The notes beneath the pieces were generated by a model, which was given only the letters and a program-made list of their open reading frames with translations, was not told where the DNA came from and searched no databases. Both the position numbers and the translations under genes were made by a program. From the IMG/VR virus record IMGVR_UViG_3300038321_000417: DNA of 20,000 nucleotides; one strand, given 5' to 3'. This document shows, piece by piece, positions 7,842 through 16,433 of this stretch; position 1 is the first letter of the stretch; every line of letters begins with the position of its first letter. Source of the DNA: an uncultured virus (IMG/VR IMGVR_UViG_3300038321_000417). Taxonomy: Duplodnaviria; Heunggongvirae; Uroviricota; Caudoviricetes.

Positions 7842-8537
7842 TCAAGGTGTACCTATTAATGTAATTCCGAATTTATCTAACACCCACACAGCCTCTCTTA
7901 ATGACTTTATACCTAAGCCTTTGACTTCTCTTAGTTCGACATAAGTCAGGTTTGCTAAATCTCTAATAGTTTTGATTCTTACTCTGTTTAAAGTGTTAAA
8001 TAGTCTACCACTTAAATCTAAGTCACGAAGTGTTATGTTCAACACTTCTTCACTTACCATGTCAAGTGTTCCCTTACACTGCTGTTCAGGTCTCTTTAAA
8101 TTGTCGTAACGTTCCCGTAACACTCTGTTTGTGATTTTTAACTCGTCATATTTATGCTTTATTATCTCTAACTCGTGTACTGTTCGTCTATACTTATCTT
8201 TAAACTCCCGATAATCCTCTTCATTATACACACTCATGTATAAACTTTTGTTTCTCTGTAATTTTGTGAAAACACTTCTCACAAGATTATCGAATTTACG
8301 TACAGAACCGTCAACCAAGTTTAAACTACTTTCAACACTTTCACAGTAAATGTATCTTTGTGCAATAAGCTTCTTTTCGGTTTCATTCAATTGATCAACT
8401 TCTTTTAAAAATTGATATATGTCCACCGACATTATTTTAGCCCTTGATTCAGAATTTATTACATGTCCTATCAAATTGAATGGATACGTTCTAAGCAAAT
8501 TCTCACAGCTTAATGCCCTGTCTAGGTTGTTTTCCAT
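7842..8537 (-). CDS. Degenerate sigma70-region-4 + coiled coil + RNA polymerase alpha-CTD domain protein (paralogue 2)
   Basis: YPFNLI; LNETEKKLIAQRY; C-terminal LRDLDLSGRLFNTLNRVRIKTIRDL...ELREVKGLGIKSLRE. Start reassigned to ATG 8537, which has an AAAGGGGG SD. Confidence 0.85.
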   Translation of the reverse strand: MENNLDRALSCENLLRTYPFNLIGHVINSESRAKIMSVDIYQFLKEVDQLNETEKKLIAQRYIYCESVESSLNLVDGSVRKFDNLVRSVFTKLQRNKSLYMSVYNEEDYREFKDKYRRTVHELEIIKHKYDELKITNRVLRERYDNLKRPEQQCKGTLDMVSEEVLNITLRDLDLSGRLFNTLNRVRIKTIRDLANLTYVELREVKGLGIKSLREAVWVLDKFGITLIGTP

Positions 8538-8554
8538 GTTTACTGTCCCCCTTT

Positions 8555-9577
8555 TTAATCTTTTATTGTGAAGCCGTAAGATGCCAAACATTCAATTATT
8601 TCATCTGCTGTCTTAACTCCCAAATTACGTAACCTCAACAACCCACTTCGTGTCATTCCTACCACGTCAGAAACATATCTTTTATTTGCGTTTCTTAATA
8701 CCTTACACGCTTTGTTACTCAATCCTATCTCTGTAAGCTTCGTTAAAGCTGTATCCACCGTACTTACATTTATACTGTCCCTTTTCTTTTCATTCTGTGA
8801 ACACATCTTGACGTATTCGTTTGTTAAGTATGAATTTTTATCTTTTAGTTGATTGATTTCTCTTTTTTGGTTTAAACTTAACGCTACTACTTTTTTATAT
8901 CTATCTTCAAGTATTTCTAGGCTATTCTCTTCATTAAAATATTCCCAATGTCTTGCCCTTATTGCACGTAGCATTTCTTTCTCTCTTTGTTGTACAGTCG
9001 TTTTTGTTACCTTTAAATGTTTCCCACAAGATTCAAGTGTCAACTTACGAATATACCTAAGTTCTATAATTTTTTTGTATGTCTCTTTAAGCCCCTCAAC
9101 TACAGCTAAAAATTTCTTTAAGTTAAATTGCAATACTTCTGAGGCAGTACCGGCAACACGTGATCTAAGAATTAAATTGTAGGGATACCTATATAAATAG
9201 TTATATTTATTTGCCTCTTTTGGTTCAGTTCGAATTAACTTATCTATCACATCATATACACTACCTAACTGCTTATGTGATGTTCTCGATTGACCCATTC
9301 CCTCTCCAGCATTAACAAATGTCCATAAAAATAAATCCAAAGTGAATACCAGTTCAAAAAGTTTTGAAATAAAGATTTCTTCTACTTTTTTAGTAGTCCG
9401 GTTGTTCCAGTCAAAATATATATGTATTCCTTTCGTATCAACATGCCCTCTTACAATACTATTGTACCATAAATAAGTACGGGTTTCCATCCATCCCCGT
9501 GCTTTAAACCAATCTAAGTGATTCCTAATCTCTTTATTTTCGCAAATATGAAGCACATTGTCTACTATTGCAAACAA
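8555..9577 (-). CDS. N-terminal unknown domain + sigma70-region-4 HTH + coiled coil + RNA polymerase alpha-CTD domain protein (paralogue 1)
   Basis: YPYNLI; LKETYKKIIELRYIRKLTLESCGKHLKVTKTTVQQREKEMLRAIR (sigma4); LTEIGLSNKACKVLRNA...LLRLRNLGVKTADEI (alpha-CTD). Confidence 0.85.
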   Translation of the reverse strand: MFAIVDNVLHICENKEIRNHLDWFKARGWMETRTYLWYNSIVRGHVDTKGIHIYFDWNNRTTKKVEEIFISKLFELVFTLDLFLWTFVNAGEGMGQSRTSHKQLGSVYDVIDKLIRTEPKEANKYNYLYRYPYNLILRSRVAGTASEVLQFNLKKFLAVVEGLKETYKKIIELRYIRKLTLESCGKHLKVTKTTVQQREKEMLRAIRARHWEYFNEENSLEILEDRYKKVVALSLNQKREINQLKDKNSYLTNEYVKMCSQNEKKRDSINVSTVDTALTKLTEIGLSNKACKVLRNANKRYVSDVVGMTRSGLLRLRNLGVKTADEIIECLASYGFTIKD

Positions 9578-9700
9578 TGTTATTTAATTCTCCTTTAAAC
9601 TGTCTGTCACTTTAATACCCGCTTTCTTCTGTGGTTTTCTTTAGGTTCTCACTTGCAGCCGCTTTTTATCAACTCTATAGCTTTATTAGTGTGTGAAAAG

Positions 9701-9733
9701 AAAAAACTGTGTTAGGTACTAAACCAACACAGT
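9701..9733 (-). terminator. Rho-independent terminator
   Basis: Minus strand ACTGTGTTGG-8-nt loop-CTAACACAGT followed by TTTTTCTTTT. Confidence 0.8.
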
Positions 9734-9818
9734 GTAGCCTATCCCTCTATTAATGTAAGTTACTTTATCTACTAGTTTAAGCCATTGTTTTTGACCTTGA
9801 CTTTTGGGTTTGCCCGAC

Positions 9819-10106
9819 CTATAAAAATCGGTTTTCAAGATAGCCAAATACACTTAATAAATTCGGCATTACTCTCCATTTTCCATCTTGATCTTGCTGT
9901 GCTATCTGTATTCTATCTATCTCAGATTCAATGATAAACTTTAAACTATTAAGCTTTAATGCAGTTTTGTTTGGTGGATATGGAATCCAACCGTTTCTTA
10001 CTCTACCTTTGAACTCAGGTGTATTTAACCATAGCCTTGTGTCGCTAACACTTAAACACGTTACCTGTCCAGGATTCAATATCTTCCTACTATCTACCCC
10101 TGCTAT
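9819..10106 (-). CDS. Hypothetical protein or pseudogene (start ATA 10106 or TTG 10079)
   Basis: Protein-like ORF on the coding strand; AAAGGGG SD 7 nt before an in-frame ATA. Confidence 0.5.
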   Translation of the reverse strand: MAGVDSRKILNPGQVTCLSVSDTRLWLNTPEFKGRVRNGWIPYPPNKTALKLNSLKFIIESEIDRIQIAQQDQDGKWRVMPNLLSVFGYLENRFL

Positions 10107-10399
10107 GTAACTGCCCCTTTGAATTGCTCATTTTTTCAATGTCAAGATCAACAACAGATTCAACTTTTCAAACTAAAAGTTTTCTAAATCTTGAACAGTC
10201 ATTCCACCCAATCCGGGCGATTCCGATAAGTCATTGAAATGCGCCGCTTTGGGGGAAGTGTTTCCGTACCTATTAAAGTGATTCCTAATTTCTTACTTCA
10301 AAAAACACTTAACATGTCGCTAGAACCGATTACACCCCGTATTAAATTAAAAGGAAAGTCATTTAAAAGATACTGATAACTAAACTTTATTATCCTTAC

Positions 10400-11875
10400 C
10401 TATTCCGCATTTGTTTGTTGAGCTTTTAAACTTTCACTCGAATTTTTTATGTCTTGCATTAAATCATTTAATTCCTTGATCTTACAATTCTGTTCCTCAA
10501 TTGTAGCTGCCATTTCCTGTGTTGAAGCAGAATGCTGTTCAGAAATCCCTGCAATGCTCTCCGTGTCTTCATTTATTCTTGTAAATAATTTATTTATGTT
10601 ATCGATGACTTCTAGCTCTTGAACCACACATTCACCTAACTTGTCAAAAGAAACTTTCATCACATTGAACCTTTCTTTAGTTAGGTTAGAAATATCTCTA
10701 CCAACCTGTACCGCATTGTCTCCACGCTGTACTTTTTCATATACCACACGTGTCTTTTCAACTATTTTTTCTGTAATGGTATTTATCCCAAATACTAATT
10801 CAGCAGATTCGTCTGCTAGTTTTCTAACCTGCTCCGCAACAACAGCAAAACCTCTACCTGCGTCACCTGCATGTGCTGCTTCTATAGCTGCGTTTAGAGC
10901 TAATAGATTGGTTTCTTCCGATATCCTTTTGATGCCTTTTAATAGTTTGTTTATGTCTTCCGTATTTCTGTTTAACTCTTCCACAGTCAACAAAGACTCT
11001 CTAACCGCTTCATCTATTATCTCTATTTGTTTATTCAAATATTCCATCTGTTTTGCCGTATCCTTAACAACTTCTGCTTCCGCTTTCGAGGTCTCTGCCA
11101 TTGTTACCGTGAATTTATATGCGTCTGCTACCTTTTGACCTGCTACGTTCATTTTTTCACTTATAGAGTATATGCTCTCAGCTTCAGTGGCAACGCCTTG
11201 TGCTGTTTCTTCTACCGCTATAGATATATCTTTTCCTGCCACATCTAACATGTTTATGTTTTCTTTACACAGTCTAATCCTGCTGTCTAAATCCTCTGTG
11301 TTTACTTTAATTATTTCCACAGTTTGCTTTAATTTGTTAAACAACTCCCGCACTTCGTTTTCTTTCTTACTGGCGGTTAAAATCATTTCACTTCCCCATT
11401 TTGTTACAAAGTATGAAAGCAATGCTGCCATATCGACAACTGTAATTACATTAATAAAAGTCTGGAAATCCATCATGCGAAAAACAATATTCATTATAAT
11501 TAATACAATGTTAACCGCTCCTGTAACGCCAAAAAACTTAACTTTGTCTAAGTATAACGTAATAAACGATATTGAAATTATAAACGAAAATGAAGCCAAA
11601 TCCATGTCAGACTTATCCATCTGTAATGTAACGTAAAAAGCTGTGAATATTGTGCAAAATGAAAAAATGTAAGCAATATACTTTTCAAGTAAATTATTAA
11701 TTATTAAGTACTTTGCTATTCCTGCCATAACTGCAATAACTGATGCAGGTATGAAAAACATATACTGTCCTGTAACTACTGCCAATAACATAAGTAATCC
11801 TGAAATTACTAAAAATACTTTTATGCAAATAGCATTAACTTTTTGCATGTGAATGTCTAATACCGAATTGTTCAA
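10400..11875 (-). CDS. Methyl-accepting chemotaxis protein (multi-TM N-terminus, MCP signalling domain)
   Basis: About 5-6 TM helices, then [40 protein letters not shown], with methylation-helix motifs EETAQG and [10 protein letters not shown]. Confidence 0.97.
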   Translation of the reverse strand: MNNSVLDIHMQKVNAICIKVFLVISGLLMLLAVVTGQYMFFIPASVIAVMAGIAKYLIINNLLEKYIAYIFSFCTIFTAFYVTLQMDKSDMDLASFSFIISISFITLYLDKVKFFGVTGAVNIVLIIMNIVFRMMDFQTFINVITVVDMAALLSYFVTKWGSEMILTASKKENEVRELFNKLKQTVEIIKVNTEDLDSRIRLCKENINMLDVAGKDISIAVEETAQGVATEAESIYSISEKMNVAGQKVADAYKFTVTMAETSKAEAEVVKDTAKQMEYLNKQIEIIDEAVRESLLTVEELNRNTEDINKLLKGIKRISEETNLLALNAAIEAAHAGDAGRGFAVVAEQVRKLADESAELVFGINTITEKIVEKTRVVYEKVQRGDNAVQVGRDISNLTKERFNVMKVSFDKLGECVVQELEVIDNINKLFTRINEDTESIAGISEQHSASTQEMAATIEEQNCKIKELNDLMQDIKNSSESLKAQQTNAE

Positions 11876-11906
11876 TTTTTTACCCCCTTGTTCACTAACT
11901 TTAAGG

Positions 11907-12119
11907 TTAATACCCTCTTTGCATTTTGATGCTCGCCGCTTGCAAGTCTATAATTTCTCTAAGCTCTTTAACTATTAGATGCAACTCCTGTATTTCTTCC
12001 CTATGTGCATGTGCTATCATATCTTGAGTGTTTTGCAACTCTTTAATTTTTCCATTATGTGCCTGTACTATTATATTTTGAATGTTGTGCAATTCTCCTA
12101 TTAGTTCTTTATCAAGCAT
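11907..12119 (-). CDS. Small coiled-coil protein with 18-aa internal repeat
   Basis: [18 protein letters not shown] / [18 protein letters not shown] / IQELHL...; AAAGGAG SD. Confidence 0.75.
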   Translation of the reverse strand: MLDKELIGELHNIQNIIVQAHNGKIKELQNTQDMIAHAHREEIQELHLIVKELREIIDLQAASIKMQRGY

Positions 12120-12171
12120 ATTGATTCTCCTTTCAATTTATGTTTATTAAACATTTTTATTGTAACTCACA

Positions 12172-12834
12172 TTAACTTAGAGTATACTTACTTACGTTGA
12201 CATCTAAATAAATTTCATATTTCGATCCGTGCTGGTTAATAGACACCACTAAACCTGTCTTTTCACTATACTCATCTTCAAGCTTGTGTCCAAGTTCTGT
12301 CCAAAGATCGAATTTAGAGCAGTTATCTATCACAGTATAAGAATCATAATGTAATTCACAATAACTATGATCCTCATTCCAATTAAATTTAATGTTTGAT
12401 TTTACTGTAGCGTTTATTGCTGTTCCCAGGTCATTGGATGATTCTCTTTTATGCTTTACAGTAAAACCTTTGCCGTTAATTTTAAACCCTACCATACGGT
12501 TAAATATTTCTATTGCAAGGTCATGAATAAACTGTTCATCTTTGTCACAAAATAAGAAAGTCTTCACCTGTTTTATTTTTTCAGCATTATTTGAAATATC
12601 AGGTACAATACAATTATACTTCACTTCATCCGATGTAACATACATGTCTTCCCCGTTTAACTTAACTTTCTGTAATTCTTGTTTTTTAGCATACCTTAAA
12701 TTTTGTAAATTAGTTTGACCTAAAGCATCAAGTGATATGTCATAATGATAATAAGTATCTTTAGTACATTCCACTAACCTTAAAGCTATAGGTTTATCTC
12801 CAATAACTAATATGTTAACAGGTTTTATAAACAT
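12172..12834 (-). CDS. Hypothetical protein (220 aa)
   Basis: TAATG overlap with the upstream SLH gene; AAAGGGG SD. Confidence 0.8.
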   Translation of the reverse strand: MFIKPVNILVIGDKPIALRLVECTKDTYYHYDISLDALGQTNLQNLRYAKKQELQKVKLNGEDMYVTSDEVKYNCIVPDISNNAEKIKQVKTFLFCDKDEQFIHDLAIEIFNRMVGFKINGKGFTVKHKRESSNDLGTAINATVKSNIKFNWNEDHSYCELHYDSYTVIDNCSKFDLWTELGHKLEDEYSEKTGLVVSINQHGSKYEIYLDVNVSKYTLS

Positions 12835-13757
12835 TATAATTCCCCTTTCCGTTTGTCAGCAGGTAATCTATTTTCAATTCTAAACGCTCTTGCAAGTATC
12901 GCAACTGCTTCTGCACGTGTTAAAGGTTTGTTCCAACCAAATGATCCGTCAGGTAAACCACAAATTATTCCAGAATAGTTGTTCCAATTAATCGCTACTA
13001 CTGTATCACGCAACATATCTTTTTCACCAGACACAACTTTATCAAAGTTAGGATAATAATAAGGTAACGATAATCCTAATTCCTGTTCCTGTTCCTTGTG
13101 AAGTTCTGTGTTATGTTGGCTTTTATGGATAGGGATTGTCTTACTAGGTAAATCAACAAAATACCTCTTGTCAGCCATAGACAATATAATACCCTCTGTC
13201 GATTCTATTTCCGCTAAATACTTATATATTAATGTGGCAACTTCACCCCTATAAATAGGTTTATTCATATCCCTATCACTATACAAACCAAAAGGAATGT
13301 CATTAATGTGATAATAATATGAAATGTACCAACTGTCTGTTATTTTATTTTCCATTGTAGACCCTTGTAATATTTCTGTCATTTTAGCCTTTGAACCACT
13401 GTCCAATTTATTATCTATTCCTTTTAATCTCCCTAACATTGTCCAAAACTCTGCTCTTGTTGTCTCTCTTGATCCCGCAAAGATGTCGCCTTTTGATCCC
13501 GATCCATTTATGATACCCTTTGAAACCATTAATGCTAAATCTTTTTTATACCACTCTGTGCCGCTTATGTCACTAAATCTTTTAGGAAGTAATTCCATTA
13601 TTTTTTCTAATTCGCTGTCTGAATATTCTGTAGCAGGTTTAACCCTTTCACCGTCAACAATCTTGTCCACTTCCTTATAAAATTGTTCCTGTGTAAACCC
13701 CGATAATATCAGCACTAATGCCAATAACACTATAGCGTATATTGTCCCTCTATTCAT
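12834..13757 (-). CDS. Secreted S-layer homology (SLH) domain protein
   Basis: Signal peptide MNRGTIYAIVLLALVLILSG; FSDISGTEWY...SKGIING...TTRAEF; NKPIYRGEVA; GIICGLPDGSFGWNKPLTRAEAVAILAR. Start reassigned to ATG 13757 (AGGAG SD). Confidence 0.9.
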   Translation of the reverse strand: MNRGTIYAIVLLALVLILSGFTQEQFYKEVDKIVDGERVKPATEYSDSELEKIMELLPKRFSDISGTEWYKKDLALMVSKGIINGSGSKGDIFAGSRETTRAEFWTMLGRLKGIDNKLDSGSKAKMTEILQGSTMENKITDSWYISYYYHINDIPFGLYSDRDMNKPIYRGEVATLIYKYLAEIESTEGIILSMADKRYFVDLPSKTIPIHKSQHNTELHKEQEQELGLSLPYYYPNFDKVVSGEKDMLRDTVVAINWNNYSGIICGLPDGSFGWNKPLTRAEAVAILARAFRIENRLPADKRKGEL

Positions 13758-13780
13758 TTTTAACAACACTCCTATTCTGT

Positions 13781-14023
13781 TTATTCTGCAACCTCTACAA
13801 CGCTGCAAACAAGCCACTTATTAGTATCTATACCCAATTCCTTTGCTCGTTGTCTTCCCCTATCAACCGCATCTTCTCTTGAAGTTGCTCTTACTGTAAC
13901 AGATTTAAATTCCAATATTCTTTCCGGATTAAAACACCAGTTGTTCTCATTGTCAGTTAAGTATACGTAATAATCTCGATTACGTACGGGATTACTTAAT
14001 TTGTATATAGCTTGTTCTTCCAT
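13781..14023 (-). CDS. Hypothetical protein (~80 aa)
   Basis: Start reassigned to ATG 14023 after AGGGGG SD; contains V.V.A.S.EDA motif. Confidence 0.7.
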   Translation of the reverse strand: MEEQAIYKLSNPVRNRDYYVYLTDNENNWCFNPERILEFKSVTVRATSREDAVDRGRQRAKELGIDTNKWLVCSVVEVAE

Positions 14024-14046
14024 CAGTATACCCCCTGATTGTTTAA

Positions 14047-14307
14047 TTAAATTTGAACATATTCTGTCTTTAGCCATTTGCTACCGTCAGCGCAAGTCCA
14101 CTTTTCTATTATCTCTTTTGCTTTTTTAACTTTTAAAATATCCCTTGTTGTTATCGTAATACAGTTACGGTTTCCTCTTCTGCTATTCTTTCTTGCAGTA
14201 CAACCTGCACAGGTACAATCACCGTGAAATTCATAAAGCTTTTGGTCTGTTTTAGCATTCCCATTTTCATAACATACCCTAGATAGTGCCTCAATATACT
14301 TTGCCAT
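14047..14307 (-). CDS. Hypothetical Cys-rich protein (HxxCxCxxC)
   Basis: FHGDCTCAGC; AAAGGGG SD. Confidence 0.7.
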   Translation of the reverse strand: MAKYIEALSRVCYENGNAKTDQKLYEFHGDCTCAGCTARKNSRRGNRNCITITTRDILKVKKAKEIIEKWTCADGSKWLKTEYVQI

Positions 14308-14321
14308 GTGAAAACCCCTTT

Positions 14322-15089
14322 CTACTCTGCATCTTCTTTATCGTCAAGTTCAAATATTTCACGCATATTGTCAATAGCTTCTTTAACCGATAGTCTAAAA
14401 CTATTGAATACGTTTACCTTGTCTGCAAATTCTGTTTCAAGCTTTTCTTCCTGTGTTTGATACGTAATTACTTTGTTAGAATGTGCTAACTCCAATTCTT
14501 TTATTTTTTGTTCGTATTCTACTTGACACTCAACCGCTCTATTAGAGTACTTTAACTCTAATTCCTGCATTGCCTGATCGTGCTTTTCTCGGTTATTCGC
14601 AATAATAGCATCTTGTTCCGCTTTAAATCGATCAGACAAAGCTTTTTCGTCATTGGTCAACTTTTCTATTTCTTCTCTGATACCCTTTTCCTCTTGCTTT
14701 GCCTGATTTAGTAACTCTTGTCCGTCTAATGCCGCCTGTTCTAATAGCTCTTTTGACTTCTTTTCTGCATCAGTAATAAGGTCTTGAGCCACAAGCTTTG
14801 CATTATTTTCAAGTGCGTTAGCTTGCTCCTTTGCCTGATTAATTATACCCTCTGCTGTTTCATTAGCCTTTAATAAAGTGTCAGTAATCAAAATTTTTCT
14901 GTTTAAGAATTCATCCAGCTTTGATTTCAAATCACACACGTTGTTATTTGCAAGTTCCAAACTCTCTTTCAAAGTTTTTATTTCCGAATCTTTTTCTTCG
15001 ACGGTATGTTCAAACTCTTGTATGAGTCTTAAAATGAAGTCATCAACGTCTTTTTTCTTGTAGCTCTGTAGCATATTCTCCGGTTTCAC
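14322..15089 (-). CDS. DivIVA-domain-like coiled-coil protein
   Basis: N-terminal LQSYKKKDVDDFILRL (cf. FRGY..EVD.FL), TLLKANETAEGIINQAKEQA, long coiled coil. Confidence 0.75.
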   Translation of the reverse strand: MKPENMLQSYKKKDVDDFILRLIQEFEHTVEEKDSEIKTLKESLELANNNVCDLKSKLDEFLNRKILITDTLLKANETAEGIINQAKEQANALENNAKLVAQDLITDAEKKSKELLEQAALDGQELLNQAKQEEKGIREEIEKLTNDEKALSDRFKAEQDAIIANNREKHDQAMQELELKYSNRAVECQVEYEQKIKELELAHSNKVITYQTQEEKLETEFADKVNVFNSFRLSVKEAIDNMREIFELDDKEDAE

Positions 15090-15112
15090 GCTAAAATCCC
15101 CCTTTTAACAAG

Positions 15113-15547
15113 CTATTGGTTATCCCTCGATTCTACTGTCTCGGCAACACTGGATTCAGTTGTATCGTCTGTCACCGCAGTCTCAATAGTTTCCTGTTCG
15201 CTTATTTCTTTCTGAATTTCTTTTTCTAATTGCTGTATCAGATACTTTAAAGCTTCATCTTTCGCCTTTCCTGCAAGGTCTTTAGATTTAACCTGTATCT
15301 CCTGATATATACCCTGTATTTCGGGGCTATTCTCTATATACTCTTTGTAAGTGCTGTACTGGTTACGAATTATATTTTCCCACTCAATATCTGATTGACC
15401 CCCTACTATGCTTATAAGTCCTATTACTATTGCCCCAAATAAAACAACTACAACCGCAAATTTAATTACTTTTTTCGCTACTGTCAATAAAATAACAATC
15501 GCTACTACTACCACAACCGCAAGTAATATGTAGTTAATATTGTCCAT
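15113..15547 (-). CDS. Membrane protein, two N-terminal TMs with acidic helical tail
   Basis: YILLAVVVVVAIVILLTVAKKVIKFAVVVVLFGAIVIGLISIV. Confidence 0.8.
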   Translation of the reverse strand: MDNINYILLAVVVVVAIVILLTVAKKVIKFAVVVVLFGAIVIGLISIVGGQSDIEWENIIRNQYSTYKEYIENSPEIQGIYQEIQVKSKDLAGKAKDEALKYLIQQLEKEIQKEISEQETIETAVTDDTTESSVAETVESRDNQ

Positions 15548-15602
15548 CTCCTGTTTGCCCTCTTTAACCTTTCTTTTTAATTATACTCGTCTATACTTAT
15601 CT

Positions 15603-16004
15603 TTACCTACTGTCTGCACAATTCATGTCTATTTTGGTAACTTCAACCGTCTCAATCTGCAAAGCACTGTTAATTTGCTTAATACCCTCTGTGTATGTCT
15701 TAAACGGTATTACTTTTCCAGTTATTAATGTACCATCAATAACATAGGTATGACTGTTAACTTTAGTGATCACAACAAACTTGCCTTTGACACGAATATT
15801 ACAGCACGGATCAGATCTAAATCGAATACTTTCACCTTGTTTGCTTCTACAGGTTACAAGTCCAACCCAACCTCTTCGTAAAGTGTCCTTAACTTTAAAG
15901 GCTACATTATAACTGTCAGTAACAGTACTGTTTTGATTCGACAGTGACTTTTCTACAGAATATATGATCTTATTCAACAAACTTATTTCCTCTGCCTGTG
16001 TCAT
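15603..16004 (-). CDS. Papain-fold paralogue with Ser31-Lys75-Asp90 at the triad positions
   Basis: Gapless alignment to the 5245..5661 product: DSYNVAFKVKDTLRRGW, KFVVITKVNSHTYVID. Confidence 0.7.
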   Translation of the reverse strand: MTQAEEISLLNKIIYSVEKSLSNQNSTVTDSYNVAFKVKDTLRRGWVGLVTCRSKQGESIRFRSDPCCNIRVKGKFVVITKVNSHTYVIDGTLITGKVIPFKTYTEGIKQINSALQIETVEVTKIDMNCADSR

Positions 16005-16008
16005 TTAT

Positions 16009-16368
16009 TCACCCCGCATACTTCAAAGAGTTAACTACAAATTCCCCATTGCCTCTGTTTATTGCTTGAATATGCTTTTTGTATGCATCATAAGCCCATA
16101 CTTTATAACGCTCCTTAGTTGCGTCAATGACATACAACTGATTATCTACTTTCGTGACTACTACTGTCTTTGAATCTTCGCTATTCTTTTGAGTTACGTC
16201 TGTTTTGAAATTAACCCGATCACCGCCAATATCAGTATAGACAAAGGTCTCTAACCAACCACGTTTAATCTCATCCTTAACTGTGTTGGCGATTTCTACA
16301 CTATCTGCATACTTATTTATCTTTACACTGTTTACTTTATTTATTAATTCACTAAGTTTGTTGCCCAT
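16009..16368 (-). CDS. Papain-fold paralogue with Ser23-Lys67-Asp82 at the triad positions
   Basis: Gapless alignment to the 5245..5661 product: DSVEIANTVKDEIKRGW, KTVVVTKVDNQLYVID. Confidence 0.7.
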   Translation of the reverse strand: MGNKLSELINKVNSVKINKYADSVEIANTVKDEIKRGWLETFVYTDIGGDRVNFKTDVTQKNSEDSKTVVVTKVDNQLYVIDATKERYKVWAYDAYKKHIQAINRGNGEFVVNSLKYAG

Positions 16369-16433
16369 GTGATATCCCTTTCCCTATTTGCTCTCACAAT
16401 TTTGAAAATTTATCTCTTTTACTCTTTATGTCC

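Noticed and set aside
9800..9820. GGGCAAACCC as a c-di-GMP-I riboswitch start near the MCP
   Set aside because: No following GAAA tetraloop or GCAAA segment, and it lies downstream of the MCP gene.
9720..9825. Possible frameshifted continuation of ORF 9819..10106 at a T5 run (…RSGKPKSQGQKQWLKLVDK…)
   Set aside because: Cannot be supported without homologues, and the extension would run into the terminator stem.
10316..10340. GGGGTGTAATCGGTTCTAGCGAC (minus strand) resembling a tmRNA 5' end or preQ1 core
   Set aside because: Lacks the GGNTTCGAC motif and a matching 3' TTCGA...CCACCA end. No preQ1 stem or A-rich tail.
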